Positions 40,500-50,435 of a stretch of 64,000 nucleotides of DNA are shown in pieces; position 1 is the stretch's first letter; each line of letters begins with the position of its first letter. Origin of the DNA: a virus. The translations under genes were made by a program, and so were the position numbers. The stretch covers positions 1 through 64,000 of IMG/VR virus record IMGVR_UViG_3300035661_000011, one strand, 5' to 3'. The notes beneath the pieces are model-generated. The model did not search any database, had not been told where the DNA came from, and was given only the letters and a program-made list of their open reading frames with translations.

Positions 40500-40867
40500 A
40501 TATAGATGTGGGTAGTTTAGAGGAGGTGTCTGTTATATCCGAGTTGACAGCTGAGTGTATAGAGGGGGCGCATAGAGATTTAATATTTTCGATATTCACA
40601 TCTATAATAAACCGTTTAAAATGTAAGAAACATATGACGTTGGATGAACTTAGTTATATGGCTCAGATAGCTACATTTGATTTCGGATACGATTATGTAA
40701 TACATTTAGACGACCTAAAGACTTTTGAGTTTATAGATACACATAGTCTACTTTTATATTACACTGCGGTTGTGGTTGTAGACTGCATACATTTGGATCA
40801 GGAGTTACTCGGGTATAGGTTATTTGGGAACAACGTTGAGTTTGTTTTTGGTATTCCTCCAAAGTGA
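40496..40867 (+). CDS. tandem paralogue 2, hypothetical
   Basis: GTGA overlap; MTLDEL; C-terminal LFGNNVEFVF. Confidence 0.68.
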   Translation: MNIDVGSLEEVSVISELTAECIEGAHRDLIFSIFTSIINRLKCKKHMTLDELSYMAQIATFDFGYDYVIHLDDLKTFEFIDTHSLLLYYTAVVVVDCIHLDQELLGYRLFGNNVEFVFGIPPK

Positions 40868-40874
40868 GGTATTT

Positions 40875-41252
40875 GTGAATATAATAGAATCTAAGATAGT
40901 TCAACCAGAAATGTTTGAACTAGTTTTACCTATTCGTCTAAGTGATTTTTCAACCAGTCGATTAATTGTAGATATAGCTATTTTTAAAGCATTTGCAAAT
41001 AACATTACTTTAGATGAACTGTATCTGGATTTAATTTCATATAGTTTATATAAATGTAATCGGGCAGTGGACAGCGTAGAGTATACTCGTAACTGTACAC
41101 GTGCTAAGTTTCAGTATACTGTTTACAAAATGTATTTATTTGGTAGAGATGGTATAACTGACATTTGCAACAAAACACTCTGGTCTATTGATGAGTGTCC
41201 CGGTGGAATGCAATTAAATTTAATAAATGAGGTCTCTTATGGACGTAGATAA
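40875..41252 (+). CDS. tandem paralogue 3, hypothetical
   Basis: SD GAGGT, GTG; FELVLP, NNITLDEL, CPGGMQLNL. Confidence 0.7.
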   Translation: MNIIESKIVQPEMFELVLPIRLSDFSTSRLIVDIAIFKAFANNITLDELYLDLISYSLYKCNRAVDSVEYTRNCTRAKFQYTVYKMYLFGRDGITDICNKTLWSIDECPGGMQLNLINEVSYGRR

Positions 41253-41625
41253 AAACTGGACAGATGTAGATGGCATTATGGATTTCACATTACTATATCC
41301 AATTGCTATATACACCTTACCAGTAGACTACACATTGTTTACAAATAGTGAACTTACATCAACAGTTTTTATGTCAGTGTATTATAACCACACTTTAGAT
41401 ACCTTACTTGAAGAACTTAAACTAGTGTTTAACATTGATCTACATAAGTCTTCCGATAACAGGATTTACAGAAATATATGTTCGTTAGCCGAACGTTTAT
41501 TTAATGTATTCAGAACGTGTTTATGTAATGAACTCGCGTTCATGCGAGAATACGAAATGACTAAAATCGTGACATTAGAAAAATGTATGGGTGGTGTGAC
41601 AATTAGCTTTACAATAGAGTGGTAA
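41239..41625 (+). CDS. tandem paralogue 4, hypothetical
   Basis: SD GAGGT; IYTLP, YNHTLDTL, CMGGVTISF. Confidence 0.72.
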   Translation: MDVDKNWTDVDGIMDFTLLYPIAIYTLPVDYTLFTNSELTSTVFMSVYYNHTLDTLLEELKLVFNIDLHKSSDNRIYRNICSLAERLFNVFRTCLCNELAFMREYEMTKIVTLEKCMGGVTISFTIEW

Positions 41626-41628
41626 CAC

Positions 41629-42138
41629 ATGGGTACAATAAAGCAACAAATCTTAAACAAAAAGGAAGAACTCGGATTATTACACGATGGGTTTTTTTAC
41701 GATGACAAATTCGACTCTAGGTCTGTAATACGTAGTGAAATGAAACGAATGAATAAAAAATTAGATACGTTATTCAACTTGTCATGTGGAGTTGTTTTAA
41801 CTGTACCAAACAACATAGGTTCGTTCATTAGAGAAGACGTTAACCAAGAAGTATTTCGTGTCTTGTTTTATAACGACGATGTGGATAGTTTAGAGGTTAT
41901 AATAAATGATAGTTACTTTGTTGGATATAGTGCAGACGATTTATTAAACTGCAATGCTGTAAATGAATTACAGACTTATGCGAGAAATATGTATAGTGCG
42001 TTGATGTTTTATCTAGACTCACATTTATCGTATTTACGTGAAAACAATTATGATACAATCGTTTACATTGGAAAAGTATACGGTGGTACAAGAATGTGGT
42101 TTACCACAATTGAAGAGTATGAGAGGTGTTGTAAATGA
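41629..42138 (+). CDS. tandem paralogue 5, hypothetical
   Basis: VLTVP, YNDDVDSL, VYGGTRMWF. Confidence 0.72.
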   Translation: MGTIKQQILNKKEELGLLHDGFFYDDKFDSRSVIRSEMKRMNKKLDTLFNLSCGVVLTVPNNIGSFIREDVNQEVFRVLFYNDDVDSLEVIINDSYFVGYSADDLLNCNAVNELQTYARNMYSALMFYLDSHLSYLRENNYDTIVYIGKVYGGTRMWFTTIEEYERCCK

Positions 42139-42554
42139 ATAGAGATATTGAGGTGGTTATACCATTAACGAGATATAATGAGTGTAAAGATTTAGTAGGG
42201 TTGTTAGAGTGGTTGGTGATAGAGTATATTCAGGCTGGATTACACACAACTAAATTTAACGAATTTAGCGACATGGATGTATTTCATTTCCACTTATATA
42301 CTTACGATGAGATTCACGATTTAATTATACAGTTTAGGGAGGAGGATACAGCTGATGAAGTATTAGCTGACGCCGCACAGGTGTCTGAGGCTATGGAAGT
42401 CCTTATGTTAATAGTGGGTGATTTAGATTCGTTTTTATCGACTAAGGTGGCTTCTACATTAGCAGAACGTGTACAACACGGTATGATAACACTGAGTTCT
42501 GTAAGCTCCGTTTACAATAACAGTGTAGTTCTACATTTCGAAAGTTTGGTGTAG
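42135..42554 (+). CDS. tandem paralogue 6, hypothetical
   Basis: ATGA overlap; DIEVVIPL, VIEYI, NNSVVLHF. Confidence 0.72.
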   Translation: MNRDIEVVIPLTRYNECKDLVGLLEWLVIEYIQAGLHTTKFNEFSDMDVFHFHLYTYDEIHDLIIQFREEDTADEVLADAAQVSEAMEVLMLIVGDLDSFLSTKVASTLAERVQHGMITLSSVSSVYNNSVVLHFESLV

Positions 42555-42558
42555 TGTT

Positions 42559-42999
42559 ATGTCTGATACCGACATTGAAGTAATAGTGGACTTACCTAGA
42601 ATACACGATTTGTTACTAGGGTCTGATACATTTGAAATGGTTTTAATTGAGTACATAAGTTCAATTCTAGTATATGGTGAGGTATTTGGGCAAGTAATTG
42701 ATGACCAAAATCAAAACGCAATACGCCTAAATAGATTTAGTGAAATAACAGAGTACCTAGTGTATAATCAGGAGTTTGAAGATACTGATTATGAGGGAAA
42801 CAGTGTGGAGATGGATTCATTAGAAACAGAGGTACATAATTGCAATGACAATTTGCTACCTGTGTCCGGCGTTATAGATGAGTTTTTTAATTCAGCACCT
42901 GGGAAAAAACTCATAGCTAATATTGAGGAAAATGATTGGATATTAGAAAACATTATACCGTACTCAGAAAACTCAGTTATGTTTATATTCGTAACATAA
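42559..42999 (+). CDS. tandem paralogue 7, hypothetical
   Basis: DIEVIVDL, LIEYI, ENSVMFIF. Confidence 0.72.
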   Translation: MSDTDIEVIVDLPRIHDLLLGSDTFEMVLIEYISSILVYGEVFGQVIDDQNQNAIRLNRFSEITEYLVYNQEFEDTDYEGNSVEMDSLETEVHNCNDNLLPVSGVIDEFFNSAPGKKLIANIEENDWILENIIPYSENSVMFIFVT

Positions 43000-43002
43000 T
43001 GT

Positions 43003-43036
43003 GATACCACCTACCTATTAATAGGTAGGTGGTATC
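43003..43036. terminator. 34-bp perfect palindrome between convergent units
   Basis: gataccacctacctatt|aataggtaggtggtatc. Confidence 0.8.
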
Positions 43037-43044
43037 CACTACTG

Positions 43045-43437
43045 TTAAATCCCTAATTCTTTTGTTACACCATCTAATATATTGTTTTTTGTTTTAGCTT
43101 TTTCAATTGCTACTTCTCTAGCTACATCAATTAAATTATGTAGCTCATATATAGGTAGGTTTAATAATGTCGTTATAGATTCACCTGTCATTTCAGGTAT
43201 ACCCCATTTCATCATTTTTTTTGACACTAACCGTGAAATTGTATCTTTGTAGTAGTTTGTATTTTCAGAAAATGTAACAAGTGCAAAAGGTTTACTTTCT
43301 ACAATCAACCCGAGCCTTTCACTAACCATTTCTTTTATCAGCAATTGGTTTGTAATCGAATGCACGTTGTCTATACATAAGACATCTTCAAGTAGTGTAT
43401 CACCTTGTATACGCCGTATAGACCTATCACCGCGCAT
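43045..43437 (-). CDS. putative gpT-like second frame of a tail/baseplate assembly chaperone
   Basis: Frame stays open upstream to the T7 run at 43491-43497; SITTLLNLP motif. Confidence 0.55.
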   Translation of the reverse strand: MRGDRSIRRIQGDTLLEDVLCIDNVHSITNQLLIKEMVSERLGLIVESKPFALVTFSENTNYYKDTISRLVSKKMMKWGIPEMTGESITTLLNLPIYELHNLIDVAREVAIEKAKTKNNILDGVTKELGI

Positions 43438-43457
43438 ATTTATTACACACTGACTAC

Positions 43458-45182
43458 CTAGCTCTGGTATCTCCAGAACATTAGGGTAGTAAAAAAACTA
43501 TTCAGATTCACCGCTATTAGCTTATTAGCATCATCCTCATTTGAAGTTTGACCATACCCGCAACAAGGACATGGGAAGTTAGGAACTCCAGCAAATGTCA
43601 TAGTGTATTTTTCTTTTAGAGTTTTAGCTAACGTAGTTAATGTTTGTAACGAATCAGGATTTGCTGAATACGCTTCATTTAACTGTGTCAGTATAGCTTG
43701 CTTACTGTTGATGATTTTACGTCCAGTGGTGGGGTTCTGAGCGTCCTTAATTTCGATATACTGAATGTAAGGCGTGTACTTACCTAACGAAATATCTGTA
43801 GCGTATTTTAACGCTCTAGCTTTACGGAAATTACTATAACTACGTTCTGGCATATTAGCCGGTCTATTTTGGTCTATTGTTATAGCGATATGTGTTTCAA
43901 TACCTGCTACCCACTTGTTTGCTTCAGTCACATACTCGGATAGATTTGGAATTTTAAACTTAACAGTGTGTGTGGTATCAACTCCATATGAAGAGTTCTT
44001 AAGGAACACCTGTTCACTATTGAACTCCACATTAAACACATCTTCACGACGTTTTTGATAAGCTTTAACTTCATCAATTGTAACCGTCTTTTTACTCCAG
44101 TGTTCAACATCTTCTGCCGTTAATAATTCCATACGTGTATGTGTAATTAAACTGAAGTCTAATAACGAATCTGGTAAATATGTTCCATCTGGTCCTTTAG
44201 CGGACACTAGGTTGTAATCACAATCAGAATTAGAACATGGATGCCACACAGGGTAACCACGTGGATAAATAGCTGCTAATAACCCAGCTTTAATCTGTAA
44301 CATATCAGTTAACAGTATCAGTTCTTTCAGTCTGTTTTTATCAAACATACGTTTGTTAATTTCATCAACATTTGTACCTGTGACTTTATCAAGAAACATT
44401 TCAATGATTGTCATATTGATAACAACATCATCACCAGTATAAGATGCACCAGCTGTAGATTTACCGATAGCGTCATCTGACATAGATAGCATAGTGCAGA
44501 ACGTACTAAGTTCAGTTGTGGTGAACGGACTAATGATAAGTCGTACTCCACTAGCGAAGCAACAAACACCTGCACCAATTGATAAACCACTAGTTTGTAA
44601 CGCGTGATTTGTAGCGGTTACACCCTCCATGTTTTCTGGAGTATTTTTAGCACTCTGTGTTAAGTAGTTTACACCTAACTGACTACCAGTGTTTGTTGTC
44701 AATCGTTGTTTAGTGTGACCGTTTTCTTTAAACCATTCGTGGTAGTTACTACCCTCAGGAAAAGAGTTTTCACTAAGTACAACGTATTCTTGCATTAGCT
44801 GTGCAATTTTCTGATACTCGATATCTTCAGCGTAACGTTTAGGGTTTAATGCTTTTATCTTATTCATGTCAGACATGAATTGTTCAAAGATGTCGTTTAT
44901 GCGATTAATGGTATCTTCATCTTTAGCTAGAACGTGAGTAGTTTCAAATAGAATTTTATCACGAACTCCGTCAGTGGTATACGGGTTGATAATTGGTTCA
45001 TATGCCATCTTTGTGATAACAGGTTCGTCAGGTTTGTCATCAACTAAACCTTCTTCCTGCTCATAGATAACTTCTTCTGTGACATTAGATGAGTATTCTT
45101 GTTCATCAAGTAAAGTCTCTTCACCTTTTATACGAATGTTTCTGCCGCCGACTTTACCAGCGTTATCATTATGATCTGTCAT
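43458..45182 (-). CDS. conserved phiKZ-like protein, putative baseplate-hub/tail assembly chaperone
   Basis: Two Cys clusters (CSNSDC, CPCCG) and terminal ...SFF, as in T4 gp26/gp51-type proteins; SD GGAG before ATG 45182. Confidence 0.55.
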   Translation of the reverse strand: MTDHNDNAGKVGGRNIRIKGEETLLDEQEYSSNVTEEVIYEQEEGLVDDKPDEPVITKMAYEPIINPYTTDGVRDKILFETTHVLAKDEDTINRINDIFEQFMSDMNKIKALNPKRYAEDIEYQKIAQLMQEYVVLSENSFPEGSNYHEWFKENGHTKQRLTTNTGSQLGVNYLTQSAKNTPENMEGVTATNHALQTSGLSIGAGVCCFASGVRLIISPFTTTELSTFCTMLSMSDDAIGKSTAGASYTGDDVVINMTIIEMFLDKVTGTNVDEINKRMFDKNRLKELILLTDMLQIKAGLLAAIYPRGYPVWHPCSNSDCDYNLVSAKGPDGTYLPDSLLDFSLITHTRMELLTAEDVEHWSKKTVTIDEVKAYQKRREDVFNVEFNSEQVFLKNSSYGVDTTHTVKFKIPNLSEYVTEANKWVAGIETHIAITIDQNRPANMPERSYSNFRKARALKYATDISLGKYTPYIQYIEIKDAQNPTTGRKIINSKQAILTQLNEAYSANPDSLQTLTTLAKTLKEKYTMTFAGVPNFPCPCCGYGQTSNEDDANKLIAVNLNSFFTTLMFWRYQS

Positions 45183-45798
45183 CTGTATTCTCCACAGGTT
45201 GGTTTTGTTTAAGTTCAAGTTCTTTATAGTGTCTTTCAATTATAGACTGAGCGATATACATCGCTGCCTGCATGGGGGCTAATATTTTCAGAGTGTCATC
45301 AGATAATGAATCGAGGTCTGACATAGCGGCGTTATAGCGTAAGAAACTTTCAGCTGTAACTCGACCATGGTCATTGATTACTTTAATGTTAACTAATTTA
45401 TTACTGAAATACTGAATGTCACTTAAGTAAGTTCTAAGTGTAGAACTAGTTATTTCGGTTAACGCTAATACATCTGGTGGTAACGATGTGAAGTAATGTG
45501 CACTTCGTAATACATCTTGTACAATTGCGTTTTGTTTAGCGTAATCTCGTTTTAGGATATCCCAGTTATCACTGGATGCAACCATTTTTTTAGCTTGCTT
45601 ATGACTAATGTCTGGTGAACTACGTTTTGTTATTTTAATAGTAGCCCTTTCTAACCGTTCTCTTTTTAACGGACTCAGGTTGTTGATAGCCATAGTTGGG
45701 TCAACTTCACCGTATTTGGGTGTTACTTTCGGTAGATTTGACTCCTTGAATAATGTGGCTACATCTTCAATTGGCACTTCAGTTGGTGGTGTGTTCAT
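45169..45798 (-). CDS. hypothetical helical protein
   Basis: 209 aa, SD GGAG. Confidence 0.72.
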   Translation of the reverse strand: MNTPPTEVPIEDVATLFKESNLPKVTPKYGEVDPTMAINNLSPLKRERLERATIKITKRSSPDISHKQAKKMVASSDNWDILKRDYAKQNAIVQDVLRSAHYFTSLPPDVLALTEITSSTLRTYLSDIQYFSNKLVNIKVINDHGRVTAESFLRYNAAMSDLDSLSDDTLKILAPMQAAMYIAQSIIERHYKELELKQNQPVENTDDRS

Positions 45799-45933
45799 AT
45801 TCTATATTCTCCGTTGTGGATATTATACGTTTAGTGTTTAGTACACTGAATTTTAGTAAACCATTTTATTTTATTTATAAATACGCTTATATATACGATG
45901 TGAGTATTTCTTTTTTAACACCTGGTGGTACAG

Positions 45934-46779
45934 ATGGATAGTGGCAATGAATTAATTTTACCGCATTTTGAAGGAATGCAAACCTTTCTTTCAGAATACA
46001 TTTTACAGCTCTTATATGAGACTGAACATATATTTACCGATGTGGATTACGATGGACACATTGATGACATAACGATGCTAGATAATACATATCCGTCGGC
46101 ATCTGGGTCAGAGCGGGCAAATATGACGATTAGTATTTATCGTGACAATATAGATTTGGTGTTAGCAAAACAAGGTGTATTTTTAGCAGACCCATTTGGT
46201 GCAAAACTATCGGATATAGTGGAGTTGTTTAAAGGTTGTACACTATTAGGTACACGGCCATTAAATGAGCTATTGGCATTCACAGTGGTGGATAGCGATG
46301 TCGTTGTTGAGGAGTATTTCGCTAATATAATTTCAGAACTTACTACGTTGGAACCACATCAGGTCGTAGAGCTTGTACAAAGTGTATCAGAATCTACGAT
46401 TGAATATTTACATCAAAACATTCCACTTCCACACGTTGAAGTTCATAGTGTTAATTTACACCGAGACAGATTTCTTAAACATTTACCTGATGTCGAACAT
46501 AGCGGTATAGTGGTTGACATGATAAAGTCGATTAACAACTTTGATTATAGTCCATTTGTTTTCATTCAAGCTATACGTAACCAGCTACTTGAACTTAATA
46601 AATACGAAATGGCAGATGAAATATACCTACTTATGTTAGGTAGTCACACAGTTACACCAGAGTTGCAAAAAACAACTACATCTGTTATAGACACCTTTGT
46701 TGAATCGTTAAGTGAAAAAATGGAACTAACTACCCTAGTTATTAATAAACTTAGAACTATGGCACACGACGATGAATAA
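45934..46779 (+). CDS. hypothetical protein (phiKZ gp79 position)
   Basis: Coupled to the vRNAP gene; ATG 45934. Confidence 0.68.
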   Translation: MDSGNELILPHFEGMQTFLSEYILQLLYETEHIFTDVDYDGHIDDITMLDNTYPSASGSERANMTISIYRDNIDLVLAKQGVFLADPFGAKLSDIVELFKGCTLLGTRPLNELLAFTVVDSDVVVEEYFANIISELTTLEPHQVVELVQSVSESTIEYLHQNIPLPHVEVHSVNLHRDRFLKHLPDVEHSGIVVDMIKSINNFDYSPFVFIQAIRNQLLELNKYEMADEIYLLMLGSHTVTPELQKTTTSVIDTFVESLSEKMELTTLVINKLRTMAHDDE

Positions 46780-48034
46780 ACTCGACTTTTTTATATATTC
46801 TATAAACACAGAACTATATCTGTATCGTGGCTGGATAGAGAGTGTATATTTCATCTTAGTTGAAAATTCACCAGCTAGCCATTTACATGACCACGGCGTA
46901 CATTTAAAAGATAAAAAAATGTATGGTTTAGTCGATGGTAAAGAAACACAGATAACCGATTTTGTATTTGGGGAACCTTTATATAAACCGACAGAACAAC
47001 TCGTTATTAAAGCGCACCAGTTTAAATGCGTTAAACATGATACTATTACCAGTTACGGCATAGCGATTATAAACGCGTTTTACATAGAGTATCCATATAG
47101 TGGAAAGTGTGAATACATTAATCCTCCGCCTGGGAAATCTATTAAACCGTCACAGTTAAACGACGTAGCGCTACATATGCTACTCACTGATAAAGCCACA
47201 GTCGCTGAACATAAAAAGTTTGAAAACGCAGTGTGTTCTACAACTCCGTTGGTGGAGTGTTGTTTAGTTCCAGCTACAGAGAAATCGTTTATTAACAATA
47301 AACAAATTGCAGTTAGACGAGATGAATTATTAAAAGAGAACGAGGGACAATTAAATGATGGAGCAGTTATAGCAAATATACAGTCTGAACTAGAGAAATT
47401 GGATACTGAATATCTAAAGGGAGATCCATCAGAATTTTACTACAGTACAAAGAAAGCTAGGGCTAGTAGAACCCGTGTACATTTAATGTTCGGTGGAGAG
47501 CAAGATTACTTTGACTCCACAAATACAAATTTAGTTTCAAACTCTTTACAGGAGGGTATGCAGTTAAAAGATATACCTATGATGGCAAACTCTATTAGAG
47601 ATGCATCACGTAGACGAGCTGTAGCCACTGCTAATGGCGGTGCTAAAGTTAAAGAAACAACACGAGTTTTAGCTAACTACACCATTCTACCAAATGACTG
47701 TAAAACTAAACGTGGCATACTCAGGGAAATGAATGCTGACAACTACACACTTTACATCGGTAGGTATTTGGTAGGAGGTAACACACCGCTGAGTGAATTA
47801 GATTTACACAAGTTAATTGGGAAAAAAATACATTTACGCTCTAATCAGTGGTGTGATTCACCAGGTAATACTGTGTGCCCTATTTGCACGGGTGATAAAA
47901 TCTATGCCACTAAACTAGGTGTGTCCGCTTTAGCTAATACACTTACCAGTACACTGATGTTAATTGATATGTCAGCTATGCATACATCTGGATTAAAAAC
48001 ATCCAAATACAATTTCACCACAAGAATAACGTAG
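46772..48034 (+). CDS. virion RNA polymerase beta' middle subunit (phiKZ gp80-like)
   Basis: NSLQEG, NSIRDAS...TANGG, DCKT and Zn site LRSNQWC...VCPICTG, MSAMH. Confidence 0.88.
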   Translation: MNKLDFFIYSINTELYLYRGWIESVYFILVENSPASHLHDHGVHLKDKKMYGLVDGKETQITDFVFGEPLYKPTEQLVIKAHQFKCVKHDTITSYGIAIINAFYIEYPYSGKCEYINPPPGKSIKPSQLNDVALHMLLTDKATVAEHKKFENAVCSTTPLVECCLVPATEKSFINNKQIAVRRDELLKENEGQLNDGAVIANIQSELEKLDTEYLKGDPSEFYYSTKKARASRTRVHLMFGGEQDYFDSTNTNLVSNSLQEGMQLKDIPMMANSIRDASRRRAVATANGGAKVKETTRVLANYTILPNDCKTKRGILREMNADNYTLYIGRYLVGGNTPLSELDLHKLIGKKIHLRSNQWCDSPGNTVCPICTGDKIYATKLGVSALANTLTSTLMLIDMSAMHTSGLKTSKYNFTTRIT

Positions 48035-48107
48035 GAAGAATTATGCCTTACACTGAAATACAAGAGTCGAAAATACCACCAACCTCAACCACAGCGAGAT
48101 AAATAAC

Positions 48108-48755
48108 ATGGCACAACAACCACAACCCAATAAACAACCCCCTGTCACTGATACAACTAAACCACCAGTACCGCCACTTACACCACCAGAAACTAAAGTG
48201 GTCGTCGATGAAACCGAAATCGAAGGTGTGGAAGACAAAACCACCACTGTCACTGGTGAGGAATCGATAAAAGACATGACACCAACCAAAGAACAATCTC
48301 AAGAAGAAGAACTGACTCTTTGTCCAGATACACTTATTAATAAACAGTTAGTTCGTGGGTTAGAGGGTATTCGTGAACTATTTGAATCTGGTCAAATGTC
48401 AAATGTAGGTCCATTTCATGTGGATACATACAACGCACTGTCTCGTGCACTAACCTTACTTTCCTGGGAAGATACAAAACTTACGCTGGATAACATTTTC
48501 AAATACATGGAGCGTTACAGCGAAGGACATTGTCATCAAAATATCATTTTGCAAAATGTAACATTTTGTACATTGTCAAAAAGTTCACAACTTGAGTACA
48601 CTAAGTTGATGAGTTTATTTGTATCTCTACAAAACCCAAGTAGCCGTGGCGTGACTGCTAAGCAAATTAACTGGAGCACTTTTCCAGCTGGATTTACACC
48701 GGCTCACGGTGAAGCATATACTGCGAAATTTAAACGGTATTTTAACATCGTTTAA
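48108..48755 (+). CDS. hypothetical protein, Pro/Thr-rich N-terminus
   Basis: 215 aa following the gp80-like gene. Confidence 0.72.
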   Translation: MAQQPQPNKQPPVTDTTKPPVPPLTPPETKVVVDETEIEGVEDKTTTVTGEESIKDMTPTKEQSQEEELTLCPDTLINKQLVRGLEGIRELFESGQMSNVGPFHVDTYNALSRALTLLSWEDTKLTLDNIFKYMERYSEGHCHQNIILQNVTFCTLSKSSQLEYTKLMSLFVSLQNPSSRGVTAKQINWSTFPAGFTPAHGEAYTAKFKRYFNIV

Positions 48756-48804
48756 ATTTTAACGTACAACTTTATAGTGTGTAGAATCCGTAGGTTTATT
48801 AAAC

Positions 48805-48815
48805 ATATATTATCT
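48805..48815 (+). promoter_or_regulatory. ATATATTATCT promoter motif
   Basis: aaacATATATTATCT, bracketed by a 14-bp inverted repeat. Confidence 0.7.
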
Positions 48816-48940
48816 TTGGGTACTACAAATCTCCACTCACTATAAAGTTGTTAACTAGCGTTAAGGTTAACTGTAGATAAGTCTACATTCGCATAGTTGG
48901 TTAGTAAAATAACCATTTTTTTAATCCATATAGGTGTAAC

Positions 48941-49141
48941 ATGAAAAAATCATATTTTTACACATGGTTTATACTATTCGCATTGATTCCTACGCTACTA
49001 TGGTTAAATCCAAGTGTCGAGGATTTGGACACTAGCGTTTTGTATTTGTCACTGGTATTATTTCCGTTAGCGGTGTATAGCATTACTTCACCGTTCTTCA
49101 AGGAAGCAATTGTCAGGTTTTACAAAAGGTGCATCGTATAG
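48941..49141 (+). CDS. small two-TM membrane protein
   Basis: Two hydrophobic stretches in 66 aa; SD AGGTG. Confidence 0.68.
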   Translation: MKKSYFYTWFILFALIPTLLWLNPSVEDLDTSVLYLSLVLFPLAVYSITSPFFKEAIVRFYKRCIV

Positions 49142-49276
49142 AAACAAAACATCAAAAAACACTGGTATCTATCATTAACACAACTGCAACAACTGTGATA
49201 TACTCTGTAAACGGTATGTCACATCCGCAAAAGTTAGCAGTTAGTGTATTCAACAATATTTTCGAAAGGGTTTAAC

Positions 49277-50020
49277 ATGAACGAGTCAATAATTAAATTA
49301 ATTAAGTACATTGCAGACACGTATGGACTCACTGTAACACAATGTGGATGGTGGGTTGTGATTATCGTAGGTGTAATATTAACGTCTTATATTTCCGCTA
49401 AAATTGTATCTAGCTATTTGTTTGCACAGCGAGAAATTCGTCGTTTAAAGATTGACCGTGAAATATCAGATAACGCCATGAAAATCGATATTCGTATATT
49501 GCAGGAAGAGTTAACTGCATCGAATAACCTCGCTGCTGCGTTGGAAAAACACGTTGAACTAATAAACCGCAACTATCAATTATCTGAATCTACATTACGT
49601 ACACTAAAGACGAAATTGGAATCTGATACACAGTACAAAAACGACGTGTATACTGCTGTCGTTAACTTTTACCAAACCATTCATAGTTTATTGTGGAGAG
49701 GTAGTTTAAGCTTTGTAATAAAGGATTTGCTGGAACATTCACACCTAGTTCAAACATCGGATAATACACAGTTGGCTGTAGACAACTTATATAAAATTAA
49801 AGAACTCGTTTCAGTGTTAGATTCTGAGTTATGTGGAATCTTAATGGGTGTTCCCGGACACTTAGATCAGTTAACAAATAGTTTAATGAAATCCGATGAA
49901 TTCGTGGAAGTTTCGGTTCTGGTTCCTACAGCTGATGTAAACAACTTACATAGGTACACATACGAGCTTCGTCAAGTGTATGAAGAAAATAAACCGTTAC
50001 CATTAACAGAGGAAGTGTAA
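49277..50020 (+). CDS. membrane-anchored coiled-coil protein
   Basis: TM WWVVIIVGVILTSYI followed by heptad-like helices; ATG 49277. Confidence 0.7.
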   Translation: MNESIIKLIKYIADTYGLTVTQCGWWVVIIVGVILTSYISAKIVSSYLFAQREIRRLKIDREISDNAMKIDIRILQEELTASNNLAAALEKHVELINRNYQLSESTLRTLKTKLESDTQYKNDVYTAVVNFYQTIHSLLWRGSLSFVIKDLLEHSHLVQTSDNTQLAVDNLYKIKELVSVLDSELCGILMGVPGHLDQLTNSLMKSDEFVEVSVLVPTADVNNLHRYTYELRQVYEENKPLPLTEEV

Positions 50021-50022
50021 CT

Positions 50023-50280
50023 GTGTTGCTTACGATGGTTCTAATCGGCATTCTAGCAGTTTCATCAATGGTTGTTAACGTTGTGGCACTCGAACGTTTA
50101 TACCAAGTTCGTGAACAGTTGGATAAATTACACACCATGTATAAAGATGAATACGATAGCAGATTACGTGTTATCGAAAAAGATAACCTAAGTTTAGACC
50201 TACGCACTAACAGTATTGCTATTAACGTAGAGTCTGTTATGGCAAGACTCAAGCAAATTTCTAATAGATTAAGTCGATAA
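50023..50280 (+). CDS. small membrane-anchored coiled-coil protein
   Basis: N-terminal hydrophobic helix; palindrome 50285-50318 downstream. Confidence 0.65.
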   Translation: MLLTMVLIGILAVSSMVVNVVALERLYQVREQLDKLHTMYKDEYDSRLRVIEKDNLSLDLRTNSIAINVESVMARLKQISNRLSR

Positions 50281-50350
50281 TACGGTGACACACAGAGACA
50301 GTTGTCTCTGTGTGTCACTAGTTTATCTAGTATTCATTTTTTATATATTT

Positions 50351-50361
50351 ATATATCATCT
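50351..50361 (+). promoter_or_regulatory. ATATATCATCT promoter motif
   Basis: tatttATATATCATCT, same extended context as at 6561 and 56451. Confidence 0.7.
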
Positions 50362-50435
50362 GAATGAAACACAATGTACAGTTTTATTAAAAGTCGCTAA
50401 TCCTTTCGATTAGCTAATTAACTAGGAGTAACCTA

